Shown here in pieces: positions 55,332 to 56,076 of a stretch of DNA of 56,076 nt (positions are counted from its first letter, which is position 1; each line of letters opens with the position of its first letter). The notes beneath the pieces were generated by a model. That model worked only from the letters and a program-made list of their open reading frames with translations, did not search any database and had not been told where the DNA came from. The stretch is taken from positions 1-56,076 of IMG/VR virus record IMGVR_UViG_3300027996_002398, one strand, 5' to 3'. The translations under genes were made by a program, and so were the position numbers. Origin of the DNA: a virus. Its lineage: Duplodnaviria > Caudoviricetes.

Positions 55332-56076
55332 ATGAGTAATAAAAATTGTGGTCCAGATATAGTAAAATATTTTGTTGTTGAGCCATCTGGTGCTGGTGGA
55401 GCTACTACAGGTGCAACGGGTAATTTCTTTGTATGTTCAGGTACAACCTTTTTAAGTACAATATCTGGTTGTACTAATGGTGTAGATTTTAATGGTAATA
55501 CATTTTATAACAATAGTGATGTATTTTTTAATGGTGTTATAACAGCTTGTACAGGGATACATACATCTAACATTTACGGATGTTCACCAATCACAGTACA
55601 CGATGAGTTAATATTATTAAATAAATTAACATTAAGTGCTGTAACACAAGACGACACTTTAACCCAAATACTAGGTAGAGATAGTAGTACAGGTGAAGTT
55701 AAATATAGGTCCGTTGAATCTATTATAACAGGCGCGACATCACAAGATACATTTGTTAGTGGTGGTACATATAACGAAGGTACGACATCAATAGATTTTA
55801 GTGGTAATAGTGTTGAGACTACGTTTAGTGTGTCATTAAGTGGTATCAGTTCTAATATTGATATCTATAATACTTATTTTGTCTCACCAACAGGTGATGA
55901 CTCAACTGCGGTTAGGGGTGATTTACATAACCCATTTAAAACAATAACTGCAGCTAGAAATAAAGTGGTTGCTGAATTATCTGCATCAACAGTAACTGGT
56001 GATACGCTTATTTATGTATATCCTGGTAACTACACCGACCAAGAAGTTCAATATGAGAATGGTAATTTCTATTTTA
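55332..56076 (+). CDS. Partial tail fibre/spike protein with the start of a beta-helix domain
   Basis: Open from ATG 55332 to the window end; Ser/Thr/Gly-rich; YFVSPTGDD...NPFKTITAA...IYVYPGNY. Confidence 0.75.
   Translation, partial: MSNKNCGPDIVKYFVVEPSGAGGATTGATGNFFVCSGTTFLSTISGCTNGVDFNGNTFYNNSDVFFNGVITACTGIHTSNIYGCSPITVHDELILLNKLTLSAVTQDDTLTQILGRDSSTGEVKYRSVESIITGATSQDTFVSGGTYNEGTTSIDFSGNSVETTFSVSLSGISSNIDIYNTYFVSPTGDDSTAVRGDLHNPFKTITAARNKVVAELSASTVTGDTLIYVYPGNYTDQEVQYENGNFYF

Noticed and set aside
610-55386. Other short antisense ORFs in the track (for example 1824, 4590, 5261, 10123, 20348, 21869, 34056, 54271)
   Set aside because: They overlap well-supported genes on the opposite strand and show no motifs or expression signals.
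1-56076. Stop-codon reassignment as seen in some Bacteroidota phages
   Set aside because: Genes are full length and densely packed in the standard code, and both TAG (862) and TGA (9530) serve as stops.

Overview
This window is an AT-rich segment of a large T4-related (likely jumbo) tailed phage read in the standard genetic code. The host is most likely Bacteroidota: there are two exact TTTG-N19-TAnnTTTG host promoters, A-rich leaders without Shine-Dalgarno sequences, a DUF4494-like gene and an ECF sigma domain. From left to right it holds: a head module (terminase, portal, prohead protease, scaffold, major capsid protein) interrupted by a type II glutamine synthetase and many small late genes; minus-strand baseplate and structural genes; a gp55-like late sigma factor; a ~19 kb glycan cluster (6-7 glycosyltransferases, 2 Gmd-like enzymes, a sugar C-methyltransferase, 4 FkbM methyltransferases, 2 sulfotransferases, plus PhoH, dUTPase and an exonuclease); a family B DNA polymerase; a DHH phosphoesterase-ECF sigma fusion; an SNF2 helicase; and neck, tail and fibre genes. 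The best candidates for undescribed biology are: (1) a shared N-terminal peptide ending in prohead-protease-type [IL]xE sites on many unrelated late proteins, suggesting a capsid-cargo system that includes a cleavable DHH-sigma polyprotein, a SprT-like protease and a WYL protein; (2) a glycosylation, methylation and sulfation cluster paired with an enriched [ST][GA]xT motif in virion proteins; (3) a TATTTAT late promoter that is the reverse complement of the T4 one; and (4) a three-hairpin RNA upstream of the terminase region. All protein calls come from motif recognition by eye; no database searches were run.
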